Below are positions 10,461 through 22,132 of a DNA stretch of 64,000 nt, piece after piece (the first letter of the stretch is position 1; every line of letters begins with the position of its first letter). Made by a program: the position numbers and the translations under genes. The DNA lies in the NCBI GenBank assembly GCA_963741205.1, contig CAVUHW010000013.1, positions 111,104-175,103 on the forward strand, read 5' to 3'. This DNA comes from Nitrospirota bacterium (GTDB lineage Bacteria; Nitrospirota; UBA9217). Under the pieces are notes generated by a model. It did not search any database. It saw only the letters and a program-made list of their open reading frames with translations, and had not been told where the DNA came from.

Positions 10461-11147
10461 TCACGGATGTTCCTCCACCCAGACCTCTCCCTCCGGCGTT
10501 GTTTCCTTCTTCCAGATCGGCGTGATCCGTTTTAACTCATCGATGCAGAAACGGCAGGCCTTGAACGCCTCGTCACGGTGGCCTGCGGCTACCGCGATCA
10601 GCACGATGTTTTCTCCTACCGGCAGCGTGCCCACGCGGTGAATGATCAGTCACGTCGATCACTCCGTATTCTTTGATCGCCCGCTCCCTGATCTCCTCAA
10701 GTTTCTTTTCCGCCATGCCCGGATAGTATTCAAACTCGAGCTTGGCGACCTGCTTGCCTTTTGAGAAGTCCCGCGTCGTCCCGAGGAACGTGACGATCGC
10801 GCCGATGGATGCGGACGCTCGCTTGAGGTCCGCGATCTCCCGGTCAAGAGAGAAGGGCTCTCGCTGGATACGTACACATCGCGGTGGGTTCGTCCCCGCC
10901 TGAAAACGGCGGCATAAGCGCCACCTCGTCTCCGTCTTTAACCCGCGATTCCGGCCTCACGAACTCCTGGTTCACGGAGACCAGTATCCCCCCGGCAGGC
11001 AAGGATGTCTGTGAGAGCAGGATGCTCCCTGGAGACCTGCTCCAGCAGGTCCGCTACCGTTTCTCCGGTGAAAGCGATGGATAATTCGCTCCGGCCGGCC
11101 TTGTCCTTTACGAGTGCGAAGAGCTTGATGGTGATCATAAATAGCAT
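10461..11147 (-). CDS. Molybdopterin synthase, probable MoaD-MoaE fusion (frameshifted)
   Basis: ITIKLFA...DGDEVALMPPFSGG runs on without a stop into VRIQREPFS...GAIVTFLGTTRD...LEFEYYPGMA...HRVG...PIWKKE. Confidence 0.85.
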
Positions 11148-11273
11148 GGCCTCCAGCGGCAGCCAGCAAGATGGTTATCCCCGAATGAATTTATCGGGGA
11201 GTCGGTTTTTTTGGATCAAGGCAACCATGTTGCCGTGATGACGCTTACACGGTCGGTTCGCGCCATAAACACC

Positions 11274-11303
11274 AGATTCCCGATTAAGGCATTCGGGAAT
11301 GAC
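11274..11303. repeat. GTCATTCC-type repeat, single arm
   Basis: AGATTCCCGATTAAGGCATTCGGGAATGAC. Confidence 0.75.
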
Positions 11304-11319
11304 GGTTTTTCCCCCTGAG

Positions 11320-12162
11320 TTATTCTCCGGCCAAAAGCGCTTTGTCGGAGTGCGGAAACACGCCGCGCGCCTCCGCCTCATCGAACAACCGGCGTACGGC
11401 GGCGAGGCCTTCCTGCCCCAGGTCCAGCGAAAAATCATTCACGTACAGGTCAATATGGCTTTTCATCACTCTTTCGTCCATCTCCTGGCTGTGCTGTTTG
11501 CAGTATCCCAGGACCTCGGCCGGGTGTGCATGGGCGTAGCGGAGACTCTCCCGGATGCCTGATTCAACGTCGAGCAGCGTTTCCCGCCCCAGAGAGCGTT
11601 TACCGAGAATGCCGCCCAGAGGGATCGGGAGACCCGAGTACTTCTCCCACCACTCCCCGAGGTCGAGCAGTTTTTCAAGCTTATAGAGCGGATAGGTAAA
11701 ACGGCTTTCGTGGATGATGAGACCGGCTGTCGCTTCTCCCCGGGAAACGGCATCCATGATGCGGTCGAAGGGCATGACCATGACGTGCGTGAGCGAAGGA
11801 TCGAAGAGGCGAAGAAGAAGATGGGCGGTCGTGAGCTTTCCCGGGGATCGCGATAGCGCCGTGTTTCAGGTCCGCAAGCGAAACGCCCGGCTTGGCGACG
11901 ATGAGCGGGCCCACAGCCCCGTCCGAGCGCGCCCCCGGAGCGGAGCAATGCATAGCTGTTCACGCAGATGTCCAAGGGCGTGGTACGAGATCTTGGTAAA
12001 GTCCAGCCTGCCTTCGAGCGCCATTTGATTCAGCGTCTCCACGTCTTCGAGCTGTTCGCGAAACTCGATGCCCGGGACCCGCACTTTCCCGTGGATGAGT
12101 GCATAGAAAATAAACGTATCGTTCGGGCAGGGAGAGTAGCCGATGGTGAGTGTTTTATCCAT
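11320..12162 (-). CDS. mqnD: 1,4-dihydroxy-6-naphthoate synthase (frameshifted)
   Basis: GYSPCPNDTFIF, DVETLN, GGALGRGCGP, IIHESRFTY, DLGEWW, HIDLYVN. Confidence 0.93.
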
Positions 12163-12282
12163 AAAATTCAAATCCTGGAAATGCTCAGGCTGCCTCCAAT
12201 GCCACAGCACATGCTTTAAGACTGTTTCAATGTCCGCAATCCATGCGATTTACCTGCAAGCCATGATTCGCTTCATCACTGC

Positions 12283-13012
12283 TCATGCCCTCCAGCAATG
12301 CTGGATCTGAACCGCCCGCTGAGCTGCCTGCGCTGCCCGGGGAATGTCCCATTTCCGAAGATCGCGGTCCTCGACGATGTTCGATATCCCGCGAACCTCA
12401 AGCCAGGGGACGTTGTGCAGCGCCGCCACCTGAGCCACCGCGGCCCCCTCCATGTTTTCGCACAGGCCGTGATAGCGTGTTTCCAATTCCTTTGCGCGCT
12501 CGGTGGTCCCGGTGCAGGTTGAGAGGGTGACGAAGGTGCCGGCGTGTATCCTTTGCACCTGCGGTCCCTGAAGAGACTTGAGCAGTTGCAGTGACCGCAT
12601 TACCAATGGCTCCGGAGCGGGATAGGTGGAATAAATACTCAGACGTAGCCGTCTTGACAAGAGGTATCCCGATGTATTCCGTATCCTTGAAACCTTCGGC
12701 GTCAGCACGCCTTCGTCGCCGGCGATTTCTTCCTTCGCGAGCGCGACATCGCCCACGATTGCGCCCCCGAGAGGGATAAGCGCCGCCCACGCCAAAGACG
12801 AGAAGGACCTCGGGGTTAAAGCGAGTCAGCAGGAGCGTTGCAGCGTGGGAGGCATTGACCTTGCCCATGCCGCCGACGCACAAAAGAACACGCTGATTAT
12901 AAAGCGTACCCTCGATCACCGATTTGGACCCAAGTTTCACCGTGCTCGAAGCGGCGATTTCTTCGAGGAGGCGGTCGGCTTCGGCCTCGACGGCACAGAT
13001 GAGGGCAATCAT
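12283..13012 (-). CDS. mqnB: Futalosine hydrolase (frameshifted)
   Basis: GGMGKVNA, GVGGAY, TCTGT, ENMEGAAVAQ, EVRGISN.VEDRD; directly upstream of mqnD. Confidence 0.9.
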
Positions 13013-13159
13013 AGAGTCCTTTTATTAAAGCAGTGTTTGAACATCTTATTGAAAAATAAGGAATTTACGGCACCAAGCACCCTCATTCAACCTTGTTCAG
13101 ATGATTGCCCGGGCAAGCCGAATACCCTGAAAATCCCCATGAATATACCATACTTTTAA

Positions 13160-13188
13160 TTGCACTTCTACGGCAAATTTGCTATGAT
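13160..13188 (+). promoter_or_regulatory. Sigma70-type promoter for aroC-aroK-aroB
   Basis: TTGCAC-17 bp-TATGAT with extended -10 TG. Confidence 0.5.
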
Positions 13189-13281
13189 AAGCGCGATTTT
13201 ACAGGTGTTTTTTCGTCCGAAACGACTTTCGCCCAGGGGTTGAAGCCGAGGGGCAGCATAATTCGGTCTTGACGGGGAGGG

Positions 13282-14476
13282 ATGATGTTGCGATTTTTAA
13301 CCGCCGGGGAGTCTCACGGTGAGCTGCTCATGGGAATCATCGAGGGCATGCCTGCAGGCCTCTTGATCAGGGTAACGGACATAGACCGCGATCTTGCCAG
13401 GCGGCAGGCCGGATACGGACGCGGCGGCCGTATGAAGATCGAGAAGGACTCGGTCAAGATCTACACCGGCGTGCGCTGGGGCCGGACGCTCGGCAGCCCC
13501 ATCGGGCTCATGATCCGGAACAAGGACTGGGAGAACTGGCGGGACAAGATGTCGCCGGACCCCATGTTCCTGAATTCCGCGGAGCCGGTCACGCGGCCCC
13601 GTCCGGGCCATGCCGACCTGGCGGGCGCCCTGAAGTACGGGATGACCGACATCCGGAACATCCTCGAGCGCTCGAGCGCGCGCGAGACGGCCATGCGTGT
13701 TGCCGTGGGTGCGGTGGCGAAGAGGCTGCTCGAAGAGTTCGGCATCGAGGTCGTGAGCCATGTGCTTTCCATCGGCGGGGTCTACGCCAAGGTGCCGAAG
13801 GTGTCCCCTGCGGAATCAAAAAAAGGGCGGAGGCCTCGGAACTGCGCTGCACCGACCATGAAGCGGAAAGACGGATGATGCACAAGATCGACGAGGCCAG
13901 GGCGGCAGGCGATTCCCTGGGCGGTGTTTTCGAGTTGATCATAACCGGCGTTCCGACAGGGCTCGGCAGTCATGCGCACTGGGACCGGAAGCTCGACGGC
14001 AAACTCGCCGCGGCGCTCATGAGCGTCCAGGCGATCAAGGGCGTCGAGATCGGCGCGGGATTCGGCGTGGCGAACCGTCCCGGCTCCCTGGTGCATGACG
14101 AGATCTTCTGGAGCAGGAAGGAAGGGTTCTTCCGCAAGACGAACATGGCCGGCGGCATCGAGGGCGGGATGAGCAACGGCGGGCCCATCGTCGCTTCGCG
14201 CCGCCATGAAGCCGATCCCCACGCTCATGAAGCCGCTTCGCTCCGTCGACATCGTGAGCAAGAAGCCCTTCAAGGCGGGCGTCGAGCGTTCCGACGTCTG
14301 CGCCGTGCCAGCTGCCGGCGTGGTGGCCGAGGCCGCTGGTGGCCTTCGAGATCGCGTCGGCCATGATCGAGAAATTCGGCGGCGACAGCATCGACGAGAT
14401 GAAGCGGAACTACATCGCGTATGAAAAGCATCTGAAGGCGCGAATGGAAGTGGAAGAAGAACAGGAGAAGAAGTAG
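13282..14476 (+). CDS. aroC: Chorismate synthase (frameshifted)
   Basis: [44 protein letters not shown]. Confidence 0.96.
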
Positions 14477-14573
14477 GAAGTCAGAGTCAGAGAGTCAGAG
14501 ACTCATGGCACGTCAGAGGAAGTCAGATCTTCCTCAGTGCATCTACGGTTTGCTCATGCAGCTGGAAAGACTC

Positions 14574-16182
<1,609 letters not shown>

Positions 16183-16270
16183 CGTAGCAGTGAGTACAGT
16201 AGCAAGGTTTTGATCACCTTGCCCCTTGCTACTTGACCCTGACTCCTGACTCCTGACCCACGGAGGGAAC

Positions 16271-16964
16271 ATGAGCGAATATCTCTGGCATTGCCCGTTC
16301 TGCAACAGGGAGCAGACCGTTACCGAGAAGGACAGGCAGACGGCCTTCGCCGATCTCACCATTGATAATGCGGATGGCCCGCGTCGTCTCGTGACCAAGT
16401 TCGTGGTCTGTCCCAATCCCGAGTGCCGGAAGTTCTCGCTCTCCGCATCCCTGCACGGCACTGAAGCAGAGCGGAGGCCGTTCCTACACAGGGCAGCTTC
16501 AGAAGACCTGGGACCTCGTCCCGCCGTCCCGCGCCCGTTCCTTTCCCGTCGCCATCCCCCAGAACGTCCTTGAAGACTACCAGGAAGCCTGCATCACCCT
16601 GGAACTAAGCCCCAAGGTCGCAGCAGCCCTGTCGCGTCGCTGCCTTTCGAAGATGCTGAGGGACTTCTGGCAGGTGCAGCCCGGCAGGCTCATCGATGAG
16701 TTCCGCCAGATCAAGGGCGCGGCAGACCCCCTGACCTGGGAGGCGATCGAGTCCGTGCGAAACAGCGGGATGATCGGCGCCCGGTTCGAGAGCGAGGGTG
16801 CCGAGATCTTCGACATCGACCCCGGCGAGGCAAAGCTCCTGATCGGCCTGATCGAGACGCTCATCGAGGACTGGTACATCGGCCGGGAGGAGCGCAGGAA
16901 GCGTTTGAAGGGTATCAGGCAGATCACCGGAGAGCCGGCCTCGGAGAAGGCGCCGGAAGAGTGA
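16271..16964 (+). CDS. Zn-ribbon + DUF4145 (HEPN-fold) protein (frameshifted)
   Basis: CPFC...CPNPEC; DYQEACITLELSPKVAAALSRRCL; EAKLLIGLIETLIEDWY. Confidence 0.75.
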
Positions 16965-16982
16965 GGGACGCCTGAAATCAGC

Positions 16983-17010
16983 TTGACAAAAAAGTGATGT
17001 GTACTATAAT
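16983..17010 (+). promoter_or_regulatory. Consensus sigma70 promoter
   Basis: TTGACA-16 bp (contains an A run)-TATAAT. Confidence 0.65.
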
Positions 17011-17249
17011 TGGTCAGAGTTACCGTAAATTCGTTCCAACATCTGCCCACCATGACTAAGCTTGCTGCCTAAAATGAGGAATGGGAAATGCGGAGCGCGG
17101 AATTGAAATCAGAAGAACAGAAACTTAACCCGAAGCTGCATTGGAGCCGTTCAGAGAAATTGCGGCTGATTTAGTCTCCCGCCCCGATGGAATCGGGTTA
17201 AACTTAACTCCGGTACGGAGAAAGCGGAGAGAAAACCTTAGGAGCTGCC

Positions 17250-17588
17250 ATGGCCGAGTTTTTCAAAAGACGAAAAGTCAAAGTGGTTCTTGCCGCTATC
17301 GCAGTTTGTATCCTGACGGTGTTATACAGTTACTTTGTCGCGGACACCATAACGACAAGAATAACCGACGCCCAGATGATGAAGGTGGATGGGAAGTTCA
17401 TGATCGCCACAGAGGACCGGCCTTTTGTCAATTTTGACGCCAAATGGCGGTTCAAGTTCAATTCCGGCACCGTTCAGAACGACGCGATAAAGTTGCGGGG
17501 AAAGCTGGTAAAGATCAAAAAATACGGATGGCGGATACCAATTCTCTCTCAGTATGAGAATGTGGTGAAGATCGAAGAGGTTAAGTAG
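17250..17588 (+). CDS. Membrane-anchored DUF1523-like protein
   Basis: N-terminal TM, FKFNSG.VQ, YGWRIPILSQYEN. Confidence 0.6.
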   Translation: MAEFFKRRKVKVVLAAIAVCILTVLYSYFVADTITTRITDAQMMKVDGKFMIATEDRPFVNFDAKWRFKFNSGTVQNDAIKLRGKLVKIKKYGWRIPILSQYENVVKIEEVK

Positions 17589-17682
17589 AGGAAATTACGG
17601 CCACACCTGCTTTACCGCTCCTCTCTCAAGTTCCCCGTCACATAAGCTTTTCTGCCAACCTGTCTTTTCAGGAACGCACAGC

Positions 17683-17877
17683 CTAATGCATCCGGCAGGT
17701 TATATCGACTATGCTGTGCGCTTCTTCCTTACTCATGCCGTCCGTCTGGTAATAGATATAGTCATCGACCATATCACAAAGCTCTTTGCGGGTAATGTCC
17801 GGAGCTATTGCGCGGACTTCACCTTGAAAAATCCTCGAAGCATCAGGAGCTGTTTCTTTTCTTTCTATCCTGTTCAT
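17683..17877 (-). CDS. Small hypothetical protein (64 aa)
   Basis: RBS GGGAGG before ATG, plausible composition. Confidence 0.5.
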   Translation of the reverse strand: MNRIERKETAPDASRIFQGEVRAIAPDITRKELCDMVDDYIYYQTDGMSKEEAHSIVDITCRMH

Positions 17878-18010
17878 CAGCCCTCCCTTCGACAGCAGAA
17901 CCCCACTGAAAAACCACCTCTTGTGCAGCATGTGGTGCGTTCCCTGAAGGAAAAAAATCTGTCCCTATTTTTATTATATCAGTATTTTCCGTGAGGAGAC
18001 ACGCGGTGGA

Positions 18011-18778
18011 CTACTCCTTCCTCCTGAACGACAGCGCCGCGAGCGTAAGCATGACCGCAGAGATGGTCGCGACAACAACGAGGTCCAGCGCGAGCGAGAA
18101 CTCCGGGCCGAGGGGAGGAGTGCCGTTCCGCAGCAGGACGTGCTTGAACGCGTCGATGCCGTAGGTGAGGGGGTTGAACATGGTCAGGTGGCGGAGCAGG
18201 GCGGGCATGGCCGTGACCGGGTACATGGCCCCGGAGAGGAACAGCATGGGCATGACGAGGAAGTTCATGATGATGTTGAACCCGTCAAAGGACGTGAGGC
18301 GCGCGGCAATCAGGATTCCCAGTGACGTGATGCAGAACGAGACCAGCACGGACACGGCCACGACTTCAACGAACTGCATCAGCGTAAGGTGTATGCCGAG
18401 GAAAGGGATGAGGACGAGGATGATGACGGCCTGCGCGACGGATATGAATGTGCCTGAGATGGCCTTCCCCACGACGATGGAAAGGCGCGAGATGGGGGCC
18501 ACGAGCATTTCCTTCATGAACCCGAATTCCCGGTCCCAGACAATCGAGATGGACGAAAAGATCGACGAGAAAAGGATCGTCATGCCGATCATGCCGGGGA
18601 AGATGAATTGCAGGTACGAAAAGCCCGCCTGCGGCTTGATGAGAGAGCTCATGCCGTTGCCGACCACGAAGAGCCAGAGGACCGGCCGGGCAAGCGTGCC
18701 CAGGAGCCGGCTCTTTTCGCGGAAGAATTTTATGAACTCCCGGAGGCAGATGACGTAGATAGGCCGGAGCAGGATCAC
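18011..18778 (-). CDS. ABC-2 type exporter permease
   Basis: Six TM helices, DREFGFMKEMLVAP, FLSGAMYP, NPLTY. Confidence 0.93.
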   Translation of the reverse strand: MILLRPIYVICLREFIKFFREKSRLLGTLARPVLWLFVVGNGMSSLIKPQAGFSYLQFIFPGMIGMTILFSSIFSSISIVWDREFGFMKEMLVAPISRLSIVVGKAISGTFISVAQAVIILVLIPFLGIHLTLMQFVEVVAVSVLVSFCITSLGILIAARLTSFDGFNIIMNFLVMPMLFLSGAMYPVTAMPALLRHLTMFNPLTYGIDAFKHVLLRNGTPPLGPEFSLALDLVVVATISAVMLTLAALSFRRKE

Positions 18779-19758
18779 CGCTGCGCCCTCCGGTGGCTCC
18801 GCACAAACTCGCGCGTCGCTTCCTTATCGTCCGGGAGAACTTCGTCCCTGATGGTCCTGCCGGTGAGTTTCAGGAACACGTCGTTCAGCGTGGGCTTCTT
18901 GAGGCTTACGGAGACGGTCCGGACCGGAAGCGAATGGATCATCTTCGGGATGAATTCATCGCCTTTTTCCGTTTCAAGGACCAACCCGCCGTTTTCCTCA
19001 CGTGCACTGATGTTAAAACTCTTTTGGAGCTCCTCGATCGCGCGTTTATTGTCGGCAGTCACGAGATGAATAACATCGCCCTGCACCATCTGTTTGAGAC
19101 GCGCGGGCGTGTCCAGCGCAATGATCCTGCCGTGGTCGATGATGGCGATGCGGTCGCAGTTCTCAGCCTCCTCCATGTAATGGGTCGTCATGAAGACGGT
19201 GATCTTCTCTTTTTTTCTGAGCGTATTGATGAAATCCCAGATCGTGTTCCGTGTCTGCGGGTCGAGGCCCAGGGTCGGCTCGTCCAGGAACAGCACGCGA
19301 GGATAATGGAGGAGCCCCCGGGCGATCTCGAGCCGCCGCTTCATGCCGCCGGAGAAGTTCTTGATCAGGTCGTGCTTGCGTCCCTGGAGCTCGACCACCC
19401 CGAGCATCTCGTCGATCCGTTTTTCCGTCAGCCTGCGGTCGAGGTTGTAGAGGTAGGCGTGAAACTTGAGGTTCTCATAGGCGGTCAGGCCGGAGTCCAG
19501 GGTCGTGTCCTGGAAGATGATGCCGATGGCCGCACGCACACGGTCGGGGTCCTTCGCGCAATCGAACCCGCCGATCGCCGCCGCTCCCGATGAGGGAGAG
19601 AGCAGCGTGCAGAGGATGCTGATGGTCGTGGTCTTGCCCGCGCCGTTAGGCCCGAGGAACCCGAAGACCTCGCCTTCCTCCACGTCGAACGAAATGCCGT
19701 CGACGGCCTTGAGCGCTTTGAACTGCTTGGAGAGATTTTGAACGGTGATGATGGACAT
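18775..19758 (-). CDS. ABC exporter ATP-binding protein (DrrA-like)
   Basis: GPNGAGKTT, FSGGMKRR, LFLDEPT, TTHY. Confidence 0.95.
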   Translation of the reverse strand: MSIITVQNLSKQFKALKAVDGISFDVEEGEVFGFLGPNGAGKTTTISILCTLLSPSSGAAAIGGFDCAKDPDRVRAAIGIIFQDTTLDSGLTAYENLKFHAYLYNLDRRLTEKRIDEMLGVVELQGRKHDLIKNFSGGMKRRLEIARGLLHYPRVLFLDEPTLGLDPQTRNTIWDFINTLRKKEKITVFMTTHYMEEAENCDRIAIIDHGRIIALDTPARLKQMVQGDVIHLVTADNKRAIEELQKSFNISAREENGGLVLETEKGDEFIPKMIHSLPVRTVSVSLKKPTLNDVFLKLTGRTIRDEVLPDDKEATREFVRSHRRAQR

Positions 19759-19783
19759 GATTATTATAGATCGATACTTTTCC

Positions 19784-19919
19784 GTCATTCCCGAATGCCT
19801 CTATCGGGAATCCAGGTTATTCAAGCGAATGAATTCAAAGACACACCCTGCACTCGCGCTGCCGCACTCGTAAACGCTGGGTGCAGGCTGGATTCCGGCT
19901 AGAACCATGCCGGAATGAC
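19784..19919. repeat. GTCATTCC-type composite repeat carrying a mini-element at 19844-19887
   Basis: GTCATTCCCGA..TCGGGAATCCAG...CTGGATTCCGGC..GCCGGAATGAC. Confidence 0.85.
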
Positions 19920-19938
19920 GGCTGATGTGAACTCGGTC

Positions 19939-21639
19939 TTACCATTCCGTCCTGTTCTTCGGCACATACCACTCCCGGAAGTTGTAGAATATCCCGAGCG
20001 GCGCGACCTTGATGCCTTTGAACCGCTTGTGCACGATCGGCGTGGCGTCGGGCACATAGAGGAAAGCGTAGGGCTGCTCCTCGGCCAGGATCGCGTGGAT
20101 GCGGTAGTAGATTTTTTTCCGTTTTTCTATGTTGAAGGTCCGGCGGCCCTCGACGAGCAGGCGGTCGACCACGGGGTTGCTGTAGCCGATGAAATTGTAT
20201 TCGCCCTTCCTGGTCTTGCTCGAATGCCAGATATCGTAGAGGTCCGGGTCGCGGCTCATGCTCCAGCCCAGGATGATCGCGTCGAAGGACCGCTTGTCGA
20301 TCTGTTCGAGGAAGGCCTGCCACTCCATGACCCTGATGTTCACGACGACGCCCACGGCTTTCAGGTTCTGCTGGATGATCTCCGCGGTGCGGATGCGCTC
20401 GTTGTTCCCCTGGTTCGTCATGATCGTGAACCTGAAAAGGCGGCCGTTCTTCTCCCGGATGCCGCCGGATTTTTCCTTCCAGCCCGCTTGCTCGAGCATG
20501 CGGCGGGCACGCTCAGGGTCGTAGTTGTAGCTCTTCGCGTTGGGGTTGTAAGCCCAGGATACGGTGGAAAAGGGGCCTGTGCAGGGCCGTCCGATGCCGA
20601 GGAGAATGCCGTCGATAATGCCCTGACGGTCAATGGCATACGAGAGCGCCTGACGGACCCTCATGTCCTTGAAGAGGGGACTCCGCAGGTTATACCCCAT
20701 GTAGGTAAAGGCGTTCGCGGGATAGCGGAACTTGCGGTAATTATCCTTGATGCGGGGCGTTTCGCTTTTCCTGAGGTACTGGAGGGGATTCAGCCCCATC
20801 ATGTCCACGCCGCCGGAGAGCAGTTCCTGGAACATGGTGGAACTGTCGGGGATGACCCGGTAGATGAACTGGTCGATGTTCGGCCTGCCTTCGAAGTACT
20901 CGTCGTTCGCGTCGAGCACGATTTTCTGGCCGGAGATCCATTCCTTGAACCTGTACGGCCCCGTGCCGACGGGGTGCCGGTTGAAATCGGCGGTATTGAT
21001 GTCCTTGCCTTCCAGGAGGTGCCTGGGGATGATTCCCATGGCCCAGCTTTCGAGGGCGGGGGAAAACGGCTCTTTGTATGTCACGCGGAAAACGTATTTG
21101 CTCACGACTTCGGCCTTCTTGATGTCCATGTAGGAGCTGCTGTAGGGCGTGGCCACGTTGGGGTCGATGAGTTTCTTGTAGGTAAAGAGGCAGTCCTCGG
21201 CCGTGAATGCCACACCGTCATGCCACTTTACTCCCTTGCGGAGATAGAAGGTGACGGTCTTGCCTCCGTTTTCGACGGTCCACCGTTCGGCCAGATCGCC
21301 GATGAGCTTGATGTCCTTGTCGTACTTCACGAGCCCATTGAATACTTGGTCGTTGATCTCACCCGATGAGGCGTCGTTCGCGATGACCGGATTCAGCCGT
21401 CTGGCGTCCCCGATGGAACTCTCGACGAAGGTATTCGGGTTCCGCTCGACCTTCCGACCGCAGGCGGAGAGAAGGACAGAGGAGAAACGAGAACAAAGAA
21501 CATAGAGCGGATAACTCGCAGAAGACGCAGAGGAAAGCGAGATTCCTGCTCTTAAGACGAAATCATGAATCCCTCTGCGTTCTCCGCGACCTCGGCGGTA
21601 AAAGTCTATTTCCTTACGGTGCTTTGTATACGTCATCAT
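19939..21639 (-). CDS. Peptide/oligopeptide ABC substrate-binding lipoprotein (family 5); start uncertain
   Basis: Lipobox LSAC, GDLAERW, LRKGVKWHDG, PVGTGPY, VRQALSYAIDR. Confidence 0.92.
   Translation of the reverse strand: MMTYTKHRKEIDFYRRGRGERRGIHDFVLRAGISLSSASSASYPLYVLCSRFSSVLLSACGRKVERNPNTFVESSIGDARRLNPVIANDASSGEINDQVFNGLVKYDKDIKLIGDLAERWTVENGGKTVTFYLRKGVKWHDGVAFTAEDCLFTYKKLIDPNVATPYSSSYMDIKKAEVVSKYVFRVTYKEPFSPALESWAMGIIPRHLLEGKDINTADFNRHPVGTGPYRFKEWISGQKIVLDANDEYFEGRPNIDQFIYRVIPDSSTMFQELLSGGVDMMGLNPLQYLRKSETPRIKDNYRKFRYPANAFTYMGYNLRSPLFKDMRVRQALSYAIDRQGIIDGILLGIGRPCTGPFSTVSWAYNPNAKSYNYDPERARRMLEQAGWKEKSGGIREKNGRLFRFTIMTNQGNNERIRTAEIIQQNLKAVGVVVNIRVMEWQAFLEQIDKRSFDAIILGWSMSRDPDLYDIWHSSKTRKGEYNFIGYSNPVVDRLLVEGRRTFNIEKRKKIYYRIHAILAEEQPYAFLYVPDATPIVHKRFKGIKVAPLGIFYNFREWYVPKNRTEW
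21517..21603. repeat. 9-bp-periodic inverted repeat (CGCAGAG type)
   Basis: CGCAGAAGACGCAGAG ... CTCTGCGTTCTCCGCGACCTCGGCGGTAAA; relatives at 22064, 24238, 28303. Confidence 0.7.
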
Positions 21640-21706
21640 GAAAAAACAAAAGGGTAGGCAAAGCCTACCCGTGCATGCAGCGTTACATCAAACATTCATC
21701 AGCAAC

Positions 21707-22039
21707 CTATTTTGCCGGCGCCGGGACCGGCGCTGATTGAGAGGGCGGGGCCATCGGAACAGCCGGGGCCGTCTGGGTCTGCGGCGGCGTCATGTCCTGC
21801 ATGACCGAGCTCTTTTTCGCCGTCGTCAGCGCAAGGCCGAGCGACGTGAACATGAAAACGATCGCCGCGCCGGTTGTCAGCTTTGCCATGAAGCTTGCCG
21901 CCCCCCGGGGGCCGAAAACGGTTTGCGATGCTCCGCCAAAGGCAGCGCCGATGTCCGCACCCTTGCCTTTTTGCAACAGAACCATCCCGATCAGGATGGC
22001 CGAGACGATGACATGAAGTGATACCAGAAAAATGCGCAT
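21707..22039 (-). CDS. secG: Preprotein translocase subunit SecG
   Basis: VLLQKGKGADIGAAFGGASQTVFG; downstream of tpiA. Confidence 0.96.
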   Translation of the reverse strand: MRIFLVSLHVIVSAILIGMVLLQKGKGADIGAAFGGASQTVFGPRGAASFMAKLTTGAAIVFMFTSLGLALTTAKKSSVMQDMTPPQTQTAPAVPMAPPSQSAPVPAPAK

Positions 22040-22063
22040 TGTTACCTCCGTGAAGATATATTC

Positions 22064-22124
22064 TTACCGCAGAGTACACCGAGAAAAATTCAGTATTTAA
22101 ATCTACTGCGCTCTCTGCGGTGAA
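22064..22124. repeat. 9-bp-periodic inverted repeat
   Basis: TTACCGCAGAGTACACCGAG ... CTGCGCTCTCTGCGGTGAA. Confidence 0.7.
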
Positions 22125-22132
22125 AAATCATT

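Noticed and set aside
21640-21706. tRNA-Leu often found after secG
   Set aside because: No cloverleaf or T-loop; only a small hairpin (GGGTAGGC-aaa-GCCTACCC) that looks like a terminator.
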